Part shown: in pieces, positions 41,057-51,594 of the stretch
Numbering within the stretch: the stretch's first letter is position 1
Layout of the letters: the number at the start of each line of letters is the position of its first letter
Assembly: GCA_041659325.1 (NCBI GenBank)
Contig: JBAZYN010000001.1
Location: forward strand, 366,819-430,818
Origin: Candidatus Shapirobacteria bacterium
GTDB lineage: Bacteria > Patescibacteriota > Microgenomatia > UBA12405
Reading direction: 5' to 3'
Length of the DNA: 64,000 nt
Program-made: the position numbers and the translations under genes
Notes under the pieces: generated by a model
Seen by the model: only the letters and a program-made list of their open reading frames with translations
What the model was told of the DNA's origin: nothing
Databases searched by the model: none

Positions 41057-41368
41057 ATGTCTCTAAAAATAACCCACAAAGACAGTACCTTTTTAGTAGG
41101 GGACACCGTAAAAGTCAACTACAAAATTAAAGAAAAAGACAAGGAAAGAATACAAGCTTTCGACGGAATAATCATTGCGATAAAGGGAATTGGCGACAAC
41201 AAAAATTTTTTAGTCAGAAAATCCGCGGCAGACGGAATATTCATAGAAAGAATTTTTCCAACAAATTCTCCCTGGATAGAGAGCATCAAAAAACTTAGGG
41301 GCCCAAAGACCACCATTAGAAGGTCAAAGTTATACTACCTCCGTAGTCCAAAAGCTAGAAAAATCTAG
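41057..41368 (+). CDS. rplS: 50S ribosomal protein L19
   Basis: GDTVKVNYKIKEKDKERIQAFDGIIIAIKG...RRSKLYYLR. Confidence 0.85.
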   Translation: MSLKITHKDSTFLVGDTVKVNYKIKEKDKERIQAFDGIIIAIKGIGDNKNFLVRKSAADGIFIERIFPTNSPWIESIKKLRGPKTTIRRSKLYYLRSPKARKI

Positions 41369-41382
41369 TTCCTTTTTTAAAA

Positions 41383-41458
41383 GGGTCCTTAGCTCAGTCG
41401 GTAGAGCAGTTGCCTTTTAAGCAATTGGTCGCGGGTTCGAGTCCCGCAGGGCCCACCA
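41383..41458 (+). tRNA. tRNA-Lys (anticodon TTT), with CCA encoded
   Basis: GGGTCCT..loop CTTTTAA..GCGGG-TTCGAGT-CCCGC..AGGGCCC-A-CCA. Confidence 0.85.
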
Positions 41459-41460
41459 AC

Positions 41461-42078
41461 ATGTCGCTCTATGGTCTAATTTTAGGAATAAGTTTTCTTG
41501 TTGGTATAAACTTTTTCTCCAAACACAATACTTCCGTCCCCAAAGACAAACTCAACCTTTTTATTGTTGGAGCCATAGCCTCTGCTATTATCGGAGCCAG
41601 GCTTTATCATGTTGTTGACCAGTGGAGTTATTACTCCAACAACCTTTGGCAAATACTTGCCACATGGAACGGGGGATTAGGAATCTTTGGTGGCATAATT
41701 GGTACAATAATATTCATCCTTCTATTTTCATTCTTATCCAAAATCTCTTTTTTGTCGATTACAGATTCCATATCCCCAGTCATCCCCCTGTGTCAGTCCA
41801 TTGGTAGGCTTGGAAACTTCGTAAACAATGAAATTCCTTCATGGTGGATAGAATCCTGTCTCAGCTTGGTTTTATTTTTCATTTTAAAAAAATCGAAAAC
41901 TCCGACTGCTCACTATCTAATTGGTTATGGATTAATCCGTTTTCTCTTAGAATTTATCCGCACCGACACCTGGCAAATATCCTCTCTCAAAATAGGCCAG
42001 ATGATCTCTGTCTTGTTTTTTCTTTCAGGCATCGCTATTATTTCAAAAAACACCAACTCCCGACACAAACAGTATTAA
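41461..42078 (+). CDS. lgt: Prolipoprotein diacylglyceryl transferase
   Basis: Internal start MSLYGL just after tRNA-Lys. Contains the GRLGNFVNNE Lgt signature. Confidence 0.8.
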   Translation: MSLYGLILGISFLVGINFFSKHNTSVPKDKLNLFIVGAIASAIIGARLYHVVDQWSYYSNNLWQILATWNGGLGIFGGIIGTIIFILLFSFLSKISFLSITDSISPVIPLCQSIGRLGNFVNNEIPSWWIESCLSLVLFFILKKSKTPTAHYLIGYGLIRFLLEFIRTDTWQISSLKIGQMISVLFFLSGIAIISKNTNSRHKQY

Positions 42079-42333
42079 TTCCCATGGCGGGTCCACCCAT
42101 CTCTCCAACCATCTTTTTAATCATACTACCGTCAAAACATTCTGCTCCGAACATCCATTTGATAAGCATTGGAAGCCCCTGAACCAGAAAACTCAGGCAA
42201 CCAATCTTATCAGGATTACTTCTTTGACTACAAACCAAACTCTGTAGGAAACTCTCTAAATATTGTCAATGCCACTGAAAAATCAATCGCATTAGACATC
42301 AAACATTTCAATATTTAATGCTAAAATCTAGCC

Positions 42334-43344
42334 ATGGATCAATTAAACCCCAGACCGCGGGTTCTCACTGGCGACCGTCCAACAGGTCCGCTTCATTTGG
42401 GTCATTATGTCGGTACCCTTAAAAACCGCGTCGCGTTGCAAAATAAATACGATTGTTTTTTTATAATCGCCGATTTGCACACCCTAACAACAGCCTCCAC
42501 CAAAGATAAAACTTCAACCATCAACGAAAGGGCCAAGGGGTTGGTTCTCGACTATTTATCGGTTGGAATCGATCCTCAAAAAAGCATTATCTATCAACAG
42601 TCCCGAATTCCCGAAGTAGCTTACCTATCACTAATTTTTTCAAATCTAATCACCGTTCCCCGCGCCCAACGAGTCCCCACCCTAAAAGATGTAATGCACG
42701 ATCTCCGTATCGAGCAACCTTCTCTAGGGCTTTTAAATTACCCCGTGCTTCAAGCTGCAGACATTCTTATGTGCAAAGCCAATCTGGTGCCCGTTGGCAA
42801 AGATCAGGAGTCCCATATCGAAATCGCCCGCGAAGTTGCCCGTGACTTCAACCGTCTTTTTGGCGAAATATTCCCCGTTCCCAAAGCGTTAATAGGCAAT
42901 ATCGGCACCCTTGTCGGTACCGACGGCCAAGCCAAAATGAGCAAGAGTGTCGGCAATTGTATCTATCTTTCCGACGACGAAGACACGGTTATCAAAAAGG
43001 TCAAGGCCATGTATACCGATCCCACACGTATAAAACCCACCGATCCCGGTCATGTTGAAAGTAATCCAGTCTTTATCTATCACGATGCCTTTAACGATAA
43101 CAAAGAAGAAGTTCAAGATCTTAAAGATAGATATACAAAAGGGCAAGTTGGCGATGTCGAGGTAAAAACAAAATTAGCCCTAGCTATAAACAAATTTCTA
43201 ACCCCCATCCGTGCTAAACGCTCTGAGTTTGAAGGCAATGATAGTCTGATTATTCAAATTATCGATGAGGGGAGTAAAAAAGCCCATGTCGAGGCGCAAA
43301 AAACCCTCAATGAAGTCCTGTCTGCCATGGGCATGAAAGACTAG
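42334..43344 (+). CDS. trpS: Tryptophan--tRNA ligase
   Basis: HLGH (HIGH) and KMSKS motifs. 336 aa. Confidence 0.9.
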   Translation: MDQLNPRPRVLTGDRPTGPLHLGHYVGTLKNRVALQNKYDCFFIIADLHTLTTASTKDKTSTINERAKGLVLDYLSVGIDPQKSIIYQQSRIPEVAYLSLIFSNLITVPRAQRVPTLKDVMHDLRIEQPSLGLLNYPVLQAADILMCKANLVPVGKDQESHIEIAREVARDFNRLFGEIFPVPKALIGNIGTLVGTDGQAKMSKSVGNCIYLSDDEDTVIKKVKAMYTDPTRIKPTDPGHVESNPVFIYHDAFNDNKEEVQDLKDRYTKGQVGDVEVKTKLALAINKFLTPIRAKRSEFEGNDSLIIQIIDEGSKKAHVEAQKTLNEVLSAMGMKD

Positions 43345-43452
43345 AAAGACAATCAGGCAGAGACATTTACAACATATTTATAAGATCGCAGATTTGAAGG
43401 CAAACACCTATTCGATTCATTAATCTCAAAACTTACGACAAACTAGTTGAAA

Positions 43453-44112
43453 TCAGCCTTGTCTCGAACATAAATTTCTCCTGCTTTTGTATCTCTCCAA
43501 GTTTTCACTTGGAATTCTATCTGAAACTCCGGCCTCTTCAGCCTTTCGAAAAGTCCAATCGTCTAAAGTATCTTTTAACGCTCGCATGAAGGTATCATAG
43601 TCGAAAGGAGTGTCTTGTTTTTCTACAAAAGTATAGCGATAGTCACCTTCATCCCAAGTCTTTATATCAGCAATATCGTGCTGAAGCAAACATTCTAACT
43701 TATCTAAGGCATAAGCAAACTTCGCTTCAAGTGTTTGTTTTGCCTCAAACTCTTCCCAAAGAGCAATAATTTCTGAAGATGTTTCTGGACTAAGATTTTT
43801 AACTATTTCCCTTATCCCCTCAGATTCAGTTATTGGCTTAGCATCCTGTCTTTGGGAAATTTCGTGCGAAGGAATATCCCCCACAATTGCTTCTCCCAAA
43901 TCGTGAATAATAAGCATTTTTAAGACCCTCAGCTTATCAACTTTCTTTTTGACCTTGTCCATCAAGGTCAAAGCTACCAACAGGGTCATCCAGATATGCT
44001 CAGCAACACTTTCTCTGCGATCTGAATTACTGGTCCAACTATGACGAAGTTCTGTTTTAAGTTTCTCGGCAAGTTTATAAAACTCGAAAAATTTCTTTAT
44101 TTCTCCCTGCAT
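43453..44112 (-). CDS. HD-domain phosphohydrolase (YfbR-like 5'-deoxynucleotidase family)
   Basis: ESVAEHIW...IIHDLGEAIVGDIP. Confidence 0.7.
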   Translation of the reverse strand: MQGEIKKFFEFYKLAEKLKTELRHSWTSNSDRRESVAEHIWMTLLVALTLMDKVKKKVDKLRVLKMLIIHDLGEAIVGDIPSHEISQRQDAKPITESEGIREIVKNLSPETSSEIIALWEEFEAKQTLEAKFAYALDKLECLLQHDIADIKTWDEGDYRYTFVEKQDTPFDYDTFMRALKDTLDDWTFRKAEEAGVSDRIPSENLERYKSRRNLCSRQG

Positions 44113-44205
44113 TGATAAAATTCTAACACAAGAAAAGCGAAGTTAAGACTTTATTCACAATTCAGTAGAAATAGTGGCTGTATATTAAAACATCTTACAA
44201 TTTTG

Positions 44206-44279
44206 TGACTCCAGGGGGAGTCGAACCCCCGATTACCTGGATGAAAGCCAGGTGTCCTAGGCCACTAGACGATGGAGCC
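44206..44279 (-). tRNA. tRNA-Glu (anticodon TTC)
   Basis: Reverse complement folds as GGCTCCA..loop CTTTCAT..GGGGG-TTCGACT-CCCCC..TGGAGTC. Confidence 0.8.
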
Positions 44280-44351
44280 AAAAACAAACAGTCTATTTTA
44301 CCAAATAAATCAAAATTCCTCTACACAAGATGTTTGCCTTATACTTCAACC

Positions 44352-44972
44352 ATGCAATATCTTTTCCATGGCGACGATTACGGCACCAGCCGAATGGAGT
44401 TTAATCAGCATCTCGATAATTGCCAAAAAACAGAAATTCTTCGCATTGACAATAAACAAATTGACCTTGACAAAATCAATAATTTCATCAATGGCGCGTC
44501 CCTCTTTGGTGATCAAAAAATCCTCGCCATCTCTAATTTTTTTTCCATCTCCAAGCCGATTCTCGATAAACTGATACCCATGATTAGCCAAAGTGCTATC
44601 GATATTGTTATCTGGCAAGACAAAGTTCTTACCCAAGTTCAACTAAAAACCTTTCCCAAAGCAACCGTCTTTTCTTCAAAGCTCAACAATACGCTTTTCC
44701 AATGCCTAAATACAATCAAACCCAACAATCTTAAGAATTTTCTGACCTCATACGAAAAAGTCGACAAAGCCAGTATGTATGATTTATTTCTATATTTACT
44801 AAAAAATAACCTCAGAAAGCAGCTTATAGGGCCATCAAGCTTTAACCCCCGCATTCTAAAAACAACCTATCTTCAGCTAATTGAGCTCGATTACCAAAAC
44901 AAATCCGGTCAACTCACAATTCCAAAAGAAATCGCTCTGGTCAGAATCATAATAAACCTGATAAAGAATTAA
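44352..44972 (+). CDS. Hypothetical protein, possibly a DNA polymerase III delta (HolA)-like N-terminal domain
   Basis: Internal Met start after the tRNA. The N-terminal LFHGDD resembles the HolA 'lY.G.D' motif. Weak. Confidence 0.3.
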   Translation: MQYLFHGDDYGTSRMEFNQHLDNCQKTEILRIDNKQIDLDKINNFINGASLFGDQKILAISNFFSISKPILDKLIPMISQSAIDIVIWQDKVLTQVQLKTFPKATVFSSKLNNTLFQCLNTIKPNNLKNFLTSYEKVDKASMYDLFLYLLKNNLRKQLIGPSSFNPRILKTTYLQLIELDYQNKSGQLTIPKEIALVRIIINLIKN

Positions 44973-45001
44973 TAGCCATAATTCTGTTATCATTTTTATA
45001 G

Positions 45002-45370
45002 ATGTCCAAAATTGTCAGTAAACCATGGGGGAGAGAAATAATTCTCTCCGAAAGCAATCTGCCTTATACCGCCAAAATTCTTCAAATTTCCGGCGGCAAA
45101 AGGCTTTCACTTCAGTATCACGATCAGAAAACAGAAACCCTTGTTCTAGTCTCCGGAAAAGCCATATTATTACGTGGTCCCACCCAAAACAAACTGGAAA
45201 AAACCGAAATGACCCCCGATCAGGGCTATACCATTCAAAATATGGAGGTCCATCGCATCGAAGCTATAAGCGACTGTCGAATTTTTGAAGCGTCCACCCC
45301 GGAAATCGGCATTACCTACAGACTCGAAGATGATACCAACAGAACCAATGAAACATTAAATCATTTATAA
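45002..45370 (+). CDS. Cupin-domain protein (mannose-6-phosphate isomerase type II C-terminal-like)
   Basis: KPWGREI...LSLQYHDQKTETLVLVSG cupin motif. 122 aa. Confidence 0.55.
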   Translation: MSKIVSKPWGREIILSESNLPYTAKILQISGGKRLSLQYHDQKTETLVLVSGKAILLRGPTQNKLEKTEMTPDQGYTIQNMEVHRIEAISDCRIFEASTPEIGITYRLEDDTNRTNETLNHL

Positions 45371-45374
45371 AAAT

Positions 45375-47651
45375 ATGGAAACCCCAAACATCCTCTGGTT
45401 TAAAGAAATTACCAAAGACAGCATCCCCCAGGCCGGTGGCAAAGGTGCAAACTTAGGCGAAATGTATGGTCTCGACATTCCGGTGCCCAACGGATTCGTT
45501 GTCACCTCCGATGCCTATTTCCGATTTATAAAAGAAAACAAGCTTGATATCCAAATAAAAAATGCCCTCTCGGGAATCGATGTCGACGACCCAAACCAAC
45601 TCCTGTCCGCCTCGAAAAAAGCAAAATCAATCATAAAAAAAGGGAAGATAAGCCAGGCTCTTTCTATCGAAATCATGAAAGCCTACAAAAGACTTTCCGA
45701 CTATGGCGGCCTAAAAAACAGCCCGGTGGCGGTCAGGTCATCCGCCACGGCCGAAGACTTGCCCGACGCTTCTTTTGCCGGTCAACAGGAAACATTTCTC
45801 CATGTTGGCGGGGAAACAAACGTACTAAATCGTGTTCAGGACTGTTGGGCCAGTCTCTTTACTCCCAGGGCAATTTTTTACCGCGAAAAAAAGAAATTTG
45901 ACCACTTTCAAGTCGGCATTGCCGTCCCGGTGCAAAAGCAGATAAACTCAGAAATCTCGGGCATCGCCTTCACCATGAATCCGGTAACAAACGACAAAAC
46001 CCAAATTATTGTCGAAACTATCTGGGGGCTTGGAGAATACATTGTTCAGGGAAAAGTCACCCCCGATCAGGTGGTAATAAACAAACACGATTGGAAAATA
46101 CTATCCAAAAGTCACGTCAGCCAAGATACCCAACTCGTCGAATCTTCCGAAGAAACCAAAGAAACTCCCGTACCCAAAAGCAAGCAGGACAAAATCAAAA
46201 TAACCGATGATATGGCCCTCAAAATTGCCAAAATTTGTCAAAAGCTCCACAACCACTACGGCAAACCGCAGGATATCGAATTCGCCATAGAAAAAAATAA
46301 AATTTACATAGTTCAGACAAGGCCAATAACTACCTTCGTCGCCACCCAAAAAGAAATTGACAAGCAGGAATCCATCAAACAAAAGCCCGATCTCGTTGGG
46401 GATTCGGCCAGTCCCGGTCTAGCCTCAGGGGTTGTTGTCATAATCAAAAGCCCCAAAGAAATAGACCGAGTTACCAAAGGCCACATTTTGGTTACCTCCA
46501 TGACTTCTCCCGATTACGTTCCCGCCATGAAAAAAGTCAATGGAATAATAACCGACAAGGGTGGCCAAACCTCTCATGCCGCCATTGTTAGCCGGGAGCT
46601 CGGAGTTCCTTGTGTCGTTGGCACCAAAACCGCTACCAAAGATCTAAAAGAGGGTGATGTCGTTACCCTAAACGGTGCTACCGGCGAAGTCTGGAAGGGA
46701 AATTTAGTCACTGCGTCAAATGTTGTCATTACAACTCAACCGTCAGTAAACGGCAAGCCCCGAAAAACTGCCACCAAACTTTTTCTAAATCTGGGCGAGC
46801 CTGAATTAGCAAAAGTCATGTCCCAAAAAAACGTCGACGGTGTCGGTCTACTTCGGGCCGAATTTATGATTGCCAATATCGGCATTCATCCCAAAAAAAT
46901 GATCGCCGAAAACAAACAAAAAGAATACATCGACCAATTGGCAAAAGGGCTACTAGAGTTCTGCAAAAACTTTTCCCCGAGACCTATTATCTATCGGGCC
47001 ACCGATTTCAAAACCAACGAATACCGATTCCTAAAATGGGGAAAACTATACGAGCCTGAAGAGCCAAATCCGCTTTTGGGTTTCCGCGGTGCCGTCAGAT
47101 ATATCAACTCTAGTGACGTTTTTAATATGGAACTAGAGGCAATAAAATTAGTCAGAAACAAATACGGCTACAAAAACATTTGGCTCATGATTCCTTTTGT
47201 CCGTACTCCCCACGAGCTTGAAGAGGTAAAAAAAATCGTTACTGCCGCCGGGCTAATCAGATCTCCCTCATTTAAACTCTACATGATGGTCGAAATCCCT
47301 AGCAATGTCATCCTTCTGGACAAATTTATCGATGTCGGAATCGACGGAATATCAATCGGAAGCAATGATTTAACCATGCTCACCCTTGGCCTGGACCGGG
47401 ACAATCAGGAAGTCGCCAAAAACTTCAACGAAATGGACCCGGCCGTAATCTGGTCCCTCAAAAGAGCCGTCACCAAAGCCAGAAAAAGAGGAATCAATGC
47501 TTCTATCTGCGGCCAAGCCCCCAGTAATTACCCGGAATTAGTCGAAAAATTAGTCAAATGGGGAATTACTAGTATCTCCGTTAGCCCCGATGTTGTAGAG
47601 TCCACCCGAGATATTATCGCTTGGGCCGAGAAACGAAAAATAGAAAAATAA
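45375..47651 (+). CDS. ppsA: Phosphoenolpyruvate synthase (pyruvate, water dikinase) / PEP-utilising enzyme
   Basis: N-terminal GGKGANLGEM...GFVVTSDAY, mobile His domain GGQTSHAAIVSRELGVPCVVG, and a C-terminal PEP-utilisers TIM barrel. Confidence 0.8.
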   Translation: METPNILWFKEITKDSIPQAGGKGANLGEMYGLDIPVPNGFVVTSDAYFRFIKENKLDIQIKNALSGIDVDDPNQLLSASKKAKSIIKKGKISQALSIEIMKAYKRLSDYGGLKNSPVAVRSSATAEDLPDASFAGQQETFLHVGGETNVLNRVQDCWASLFTPRAIFYREKKKFDHFQVGIAVPVQKQINSEISGIAFTMNPVTNDKTQIIVETIWGLGEYIVQGKVTPDQVVINKHDWKILSKSHVSQDTQLVESSEETKETPVPKSKQDKIKITDDMALKIAKICQKLHNHYGKPQDIEFAIEKNKIYIVQTRPITTFVATQKEIDKQESIKQKPDLVGDSASPGLASGVVVIIKSPKEIDRVTKGHILVTSMTSPDYVPAMKKVNGIITDKGGQTSHAAIVSRELGVPCVVGTKTATKDLKEGDVVTLNGATGEVWKGNLVTASNVVITTQPSVNGKPRKTATKLFLNLGEPELAKVMSQKNVDGVGLLRAEFMIANIGIHPKKMIAENKQKEYIDQLAKGLLEFCKNFSPRPIIYRATDFKTNEYRFLKWGKLYEPEEPNPLLGFRGAVRYINSSDVFNMELEAIKLVRNKYGYKNIWLMIPFVRTPHELEEVKKIVTAAGLIRSPSFKLYMMVEIPSNVILLDKFIDVGIDGISIGSNDLTMLTLGLDRDNQEVAKNFNEMDPAVIWSLKRAVTKARKRGINASICGQAPSNYPELVEKLVKWGITSISVSPDVVESTRDIIAWAEKRKIEK

Positions 47652-48293
47652 TTACCCAAAAACAACCACCATCTCACCCTTCAATAGGCCGATTTTCCCG
47701 GGATTGATTACTTCCTCAAAATTTTTGGTCATCTCACGGCAAATCCTCATCTGAATTTTGTCCCCATATACCTCTCGTATTTCAGCCACTAATTTTTCCA
47801 CCCTAAAAGGAGACTCATATACAATTTTTACACCATCTACAGTCAAATATTCTTTCAAAACTTTAATTCTATCCCCTGATTTTTTGGGTAAAAAGCCCAA
47901 AAAACAAAATCTTCCCGCCGGTAAACCCGCCAACACCAAGGCATTAATAGCGGCACTTGGCCCGGGTATCGACGTATATTTTATACCCATCTCCTGGCAT
48001 TTTTTAACTAATTTCCATCCGGGGTCAGAGACAATCGGTGTCCCGGCATCGGTTACCAGTCCGACTTTCGACCCTACCCGCAATAGTTCTATTATTTGGG
48101 GGATCTTTTGTTCCTCAACTTCATCATAAAAAGAAATCATTTTCGGGTTATTTCTAATACCCAAGTTTTTAAGAAGCATCCCCGTATGCCGTGTATCTTC
48201 ACACAAAAGATAGTCCACCACTTCCAATGTTTCCACCGCCCGCAGGGTAACATCCTTAAGATTCCCAATCGGTGTGGCAATTATATACAACAT
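47652..48293 (-). CDS. rsmI: 16S rRNA 2'-O-ribose C1402 methyltransferase RsmI (tetrapyrrole-methylase fold)
   Basis: LYIIATPIGNLKDVTLRAVETLEVVDYLLCEDTRHT. Confidence 0.85.
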   Translation of the reverse strand: MLYIIATPIGNLKDVTLRAVETLEVVDYLLCEDTRHTGMLLKNLGIRNNPKMISFYDEVEEQKIPQIIELLRVGSKVGLVTDAGTPIVSDPGWKLVKKCQEMGIKYTSIPGPSAAINALVLAGLPAGRFCFLGFLPKKSGDRIKVLKEYLTVDGVKIVYESPFRVEKLVAEIREVYGDKIQMRICREMTKNFEEVINPGKIGLLKGEMVVVFG

Positions 48294-48749
48294 TTATATT
48301 TCTTTTAAATCAAAATTTTTAACTGTTTTTTTGTCGGCGTTAAAATGAAAAACCGCTTTAATACTGGTACCCCTCAAAACCACCGGCAACCAGTGTTTAT
48401 CTGTCTGCCACATCATTTCGTATGGTATTTTTTCAATATCAAACCACTCTGGCGCCATTTCTTCGCTTTCGCTTGGTTCTCCCTGCCACTGATAACACAA
48501 AAACAAATAAACAAAAACTTCAAAATCATCTTCAAAAACAAATAAAACTTCCCCTCTGGATTCTAGCTGCCCCAAATCAACTCCAAGTTCCTCTTTGGCC
48601 TCTCTCCTTGCCGCCTCAACTACAGTCTCGCCTTCCTGGATTTTCCCTCCGGTTCCATTCCACAAACCCACACCCAAACCTCTCTTCTTCATGGCCAAGC
48701 AAATTTTGTTTTCTTTTATCAAAAAACAATTGGTTACTACTTTTCGCAT
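48294..48749 (-). CDS. Nudix hydrolase
   Basis: Nudix box GGKIQEGETVVEAARREAKEELGV. Confidence 0.75.
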   Translation of the reverse strand: MRKVVTNCFLIKENKICLAMKKRGLGVGLWNGTGGKIQEGETVVEAARREAKEELGVDLGQLESRGEVLFVFEDDFEVFVYLFLCYQWQGEPSESEEMAPEWFDIEKIPYEMMWQTDKHWLPVVLRGTSIKAVFHFNADKKTVKNFDLKEI

Positions 48750-48768
48750 TTTTAATTAAAATTATCAA

Positions 48769-49107
48769 TTATTTTATCTCAAACTCTTCCCAAAACGAAT
48801 CAACCACATAAGTTTTTATCCCAATCGTCATTTTTTGTCCACCCAAATTCGAATCCATTATAACCTTTTTAATTCCCAGAGCCCAATCCTTTAGTAAATC
48901 CAAATTTTTTCTGGAGGTCTCACCTCTTATCAACACATCCCTTTTCCCCTCATAAAGCTGATACTCTTCAAAATCAACAATAATTTCGTCTACACCTTTA
49001 TGAAACAATTCCGCCGTAAGCCCCGCCACACCAGTCTTTAGATGCAAATAATTTTCACTCATTAAATTAGCCAGACTCTTTTTATACTTAAATGTAATTG
49101 ACGACAT
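48769..49107 (-). CDS. Hypothetical protein co-oriented immediately downstream of lexA
   Basis: 112-aa ORF only 2 nt downstream of the lexA stop. No recognised motif. Confidence 0.4.
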   Translation of the reverse strand: MSSITFKYKKSLANLMSENYLHLKTGVAGLTAELFHKGVDEIIVDFEEYQLYEGKRDVLIRGETSRKNLDLLKDWALGIKKVIMDSNLGGQKMTIGIKTYVVDSFWEEFEIK

Positions 49108-49109
49108 AA

Positions 49110-49736
49110 TTAATTAAATTGTCTAATAACCGCTACTACTTTCCCCCTGATCTCCACTTCTGTCACAAAAATAGGGGACATGGTTGAATTTGCCGGTTGA
49201 AGCCTGATTCTATTGGCCTCGCGATAAAACCTCTTCAAGGTGGCAAACCCATTTCTCAAAACCGCCACCACAATATCACCGTTGTTTGCCTCCTTCTGCT
49301 CACGTACCACCACATAATCACCGCTCAAAATCCCATCATCAATCATCGAGTCACCCTTTGCCTGCAACACATATGATCTTTCCCCGGGCCGTACCAGTCC
49401 GGAATTCACCATTAGCGTTGCATTTGGGTCAGTATACGGTTCAATGGGCGCTCCACAGGCAATATATCCCAAAACCGGTAGCTCAAAAAAATTCCTTTCT
49501 ATCTTAGCCTGACCCGCCTCGGTTCCGGTCACCTCAATCCCTCTCACCGCCCCCTTGTATCGCCTGATCAACCCCTTCTTTTCCAACACAGCCAAATGCT
49601 CGTGAACGGTAGCCAAAGAAGATAAACCCAAATATTGGGCAATCTCCGTCAATGTCGGTGCATAGCCAAATTTGTCAATATTCTTATTAATATAATCTAA
49701 AATTTGTTTTTGCCTTCTGTATATTACCGTTGCCAT
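49110..49736 (-). CDS. lexA: LexA-family repressor (S24 peptidase)
   Basis: wHTH TLTEIAQYLGLSSLATVHEHL and the S24 domain with GDSM Ser and LKRF Lys. The ORF extends to 49778; an internal Met is preferred as the start. Confidence 0.8.
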   Translation of the reverse strand: MATVIYRRQKQILDYINKNIDKFGYAPTLTEIAQYLGLSSLATVHEHLAVLEKKGLIRRYKGAVRGIEVTGTEAGQAKIERNFFELPVLGYIACGAPIEPYTDPNATLMVNSGLVRPGERSYVLQAKGDSMIDDGILSGDYVVVREQKEANNGDIVVAVLRNGFATLKRFYREANRIRLQPANSTMSPIFVTEVEIRGKVVAVIRQFN

Positions 49737-49815
49737 ATTCAAGATATTACGCGAATAATACCCGAAGTCAACTACCAAAACAAAACTGACTAAATGTTAT
49801 ATTTAAACATACATT

Positions 49816-51594
49816 ATGTTTGCCATTATTTTTCTCGCACTACTTATAGCCTTTCCATCCCCATCTTTCGCCGCCGGTGAGTTTAAATCAGTTCAGGAAA
49901 TAGTTTACAATGTCGATCAAGCCGGAAATGCCCTGGTTCAGGAAAAAATTACCCTGACAAACAATTTGTCCCAAATCTACATAAAAAAATATACTATAGA
50001 AATCAATGGATCCGATATAAAAAACATAGTTGGAAACGATGAATACGGAAATATTGTAATCACCTCCGAAACAAAAGGCGACAAAACCACTATCAATCTG
50101 GAATTAAACCAACCAGCGGTAGGAAAAGACAAGACAAACACCTTCAACCTTTCTTATTCCATGGGCAAATTTGCCATCCACAAAGGGAGTATCTGGGAAA
50201 TAAATATTCCCGAATACAATACTTTATCTGAAAACGATACCACCAGTGTCACCGTCAATACTCCCACCTCTTTCGGTAAATTATCATTTTCCTCCGTTGC
50301 GGCAAAAACCCTCCTCGCCTCCAACAACCAGAATCAAATCCAACTTTCCCCAAACCAGGCGGCCAACAAAAAAATCCTCCTGACCTTCGGTAATTTTCAA
50401 CTCTTCAACTTCGAATTAAAATATTTCCTCAACAATCCCTCCTCAGATACAATCAACACCGAAATTGCCATTCCGCCTACCACCGAAAGCCAATCAGTAA
50501 TATTTTCCGGCCTCACCCCCAGCCCAAACAATGTCTTGATAGACGCCGACGGAAACTGGTTGGCTCAATATCAGCTGTCTCCAAACCAAGAGATATCCGT
50601 TATCGCTTCCGGCCAGGTCAAAATTTCACCGCCATCCCCGCAGCAGGTAGATATAAACACCGAAATCTACACAAAACCCGAGTCCTTCTGGCCAACCGAC
50701 GATCCTACCATAGCAAGTATTGCCGAAAAACTAAAAACACCCAAAGATATCCACAAATATGTTGTCTTCGCCCTGTCTTATGACTACAAGAGAATCGACT
50801 CATCCGGCCGCAAAGGCGCCCTCGAAGCAATCCGTACCCCCGGTGAATCCTTGTGTACGGAATTTACCGACCTATTTGTTACTTTAGCCAGAGCCAAAAA
50901 AATCCCCGCCCGGGAAATCGAGGGCTTCGCCTACACCAACAATCCCAAAATAAAACCGACCAACACCAACGCCGACATTCTCCACGCCTGGCCGCAGTAT
51001 TGGGACAAATCAAAAAAGCTATGGGTTTCCATCGATCCCACCTGGGAAAAAACCACCAACGGAATTGATTATTTCACCAACCTCGATCTAAACCATTTTA
51101 CCTTTGTCATTCACGGATTAGACAGTCAATATCCGCCCCCACCCGGTTCCTACAAAGACAACAAAAATATAAAGACGGTTGATGTCTCTTTTGCCACCGA
51201 GGAGCTAGAGGAAAGTTTCTCTCCCCCCCAAGTTACCGCCTCCAAATACACTCCCCTCACTAATCCCCAAGTTGATATAAAAAATATAAACCCAAATCAA
51301 ATAGGGCAAATCGCCGTCTCCATTACCAATTCAAATTGGACCAAGACGATAAGCACTCTCCCTCCGTTTGGGAAATTAACCATCGACATTCCCAAAATGC
51401 CATTCTTAGTCTCCCTTCTGCCGATTAATCAAAAAACAAAAATTATGGTCTCATCAGACAAAATAGCCCCGACCGAATATCAAATTGTCTATCCTCCCCA
51501 CTTCCTAAATTTGGGGATTACTATCGGTATTCTTATGCTTACACTGGCTATTGGAGGTATAATAGTGACTGGTACAAAAAAACCAAAAATATGA
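49816..51594 (+). CDS. Secreted/membrane-anchored transglutaminase-like domain protein
   Basis: Signal peptide, a TGase-like core GESLCTEFTDLFVTLARAKKIPAR, and a C-terminal TM. Confidence 0.65.
   Translation: MFAIIFLALLIAFPSPSFAAGEFKSVQEIVYNVDQAGNALVQEKITLTNNLSQIYIKKYTIEINGSDIKNIVGNDEYGNIVITSETKGDKTTINLELNQPAVGKDKTNTFNLSYSMGKFAIHKGSIWEINIPEYNTLSENDTTSVTVNTPTSFGKLSFSSVAAKTLLASNNQNQIQLSPNQAANKKILLTFGNFQLFNFELKYFLNNPSSDTINTEIAIPPTTESQSVIFSGLTPSPNNVLIDADGNWLAQYQLSPNQEISVIASGQVKISPPSPQQVDINTEIYTKPESFWPTDDPTIASIAEKLKTPKDIHKYVVFALSYDYKRIDSSGRKGALEAIRTPGESLCTEFTDLFVTLARAKKIPAREIEGFAYTNNPKIKPTNTNADILHAWPQYWDKSKKLWVSIDPTWEKTTNGIDYFTNLDLNHFTFVIHGLDSQYPPPPGSYKDNKNIKTVDVSFATEELEESFSPPQVTASKYTPLTNPQVDIKNINPNQIGQIAVSITNSNWTKTISTLPPFGKLTIDIPKMPFLVSLLPINQKTKIMVSSDKIAPTEYQIVYPPHFLNLGITIGILMLTLAIGGIIVTGTKKPKI

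Noticed and set aside
41410-41460. Upstream extension of the lgt ORF (MPFKQLVAGSSPAGPTN...)
   Set aside because: The extension is the tRNA-Lys sequence read as protein. The internal Met at 41461 immediately after the tRNA is the plausible start.
42079-42333. T-box-like GCGGGTCCACCC just downstream of lgt and upstream of trpS
   Set aside because: The similarity is to the reverse complement of the T-box consensus, on the wrong strand for trpS. No specifier-loop or antiterminator architecture is evident.
44205-44351. N-terminal extension of ORF 44205..44972
   Set aside because: It overlaps tRNA-Glu on the opposite strand. The internal start at 44352 (MQYLFHGDD) is used instead.
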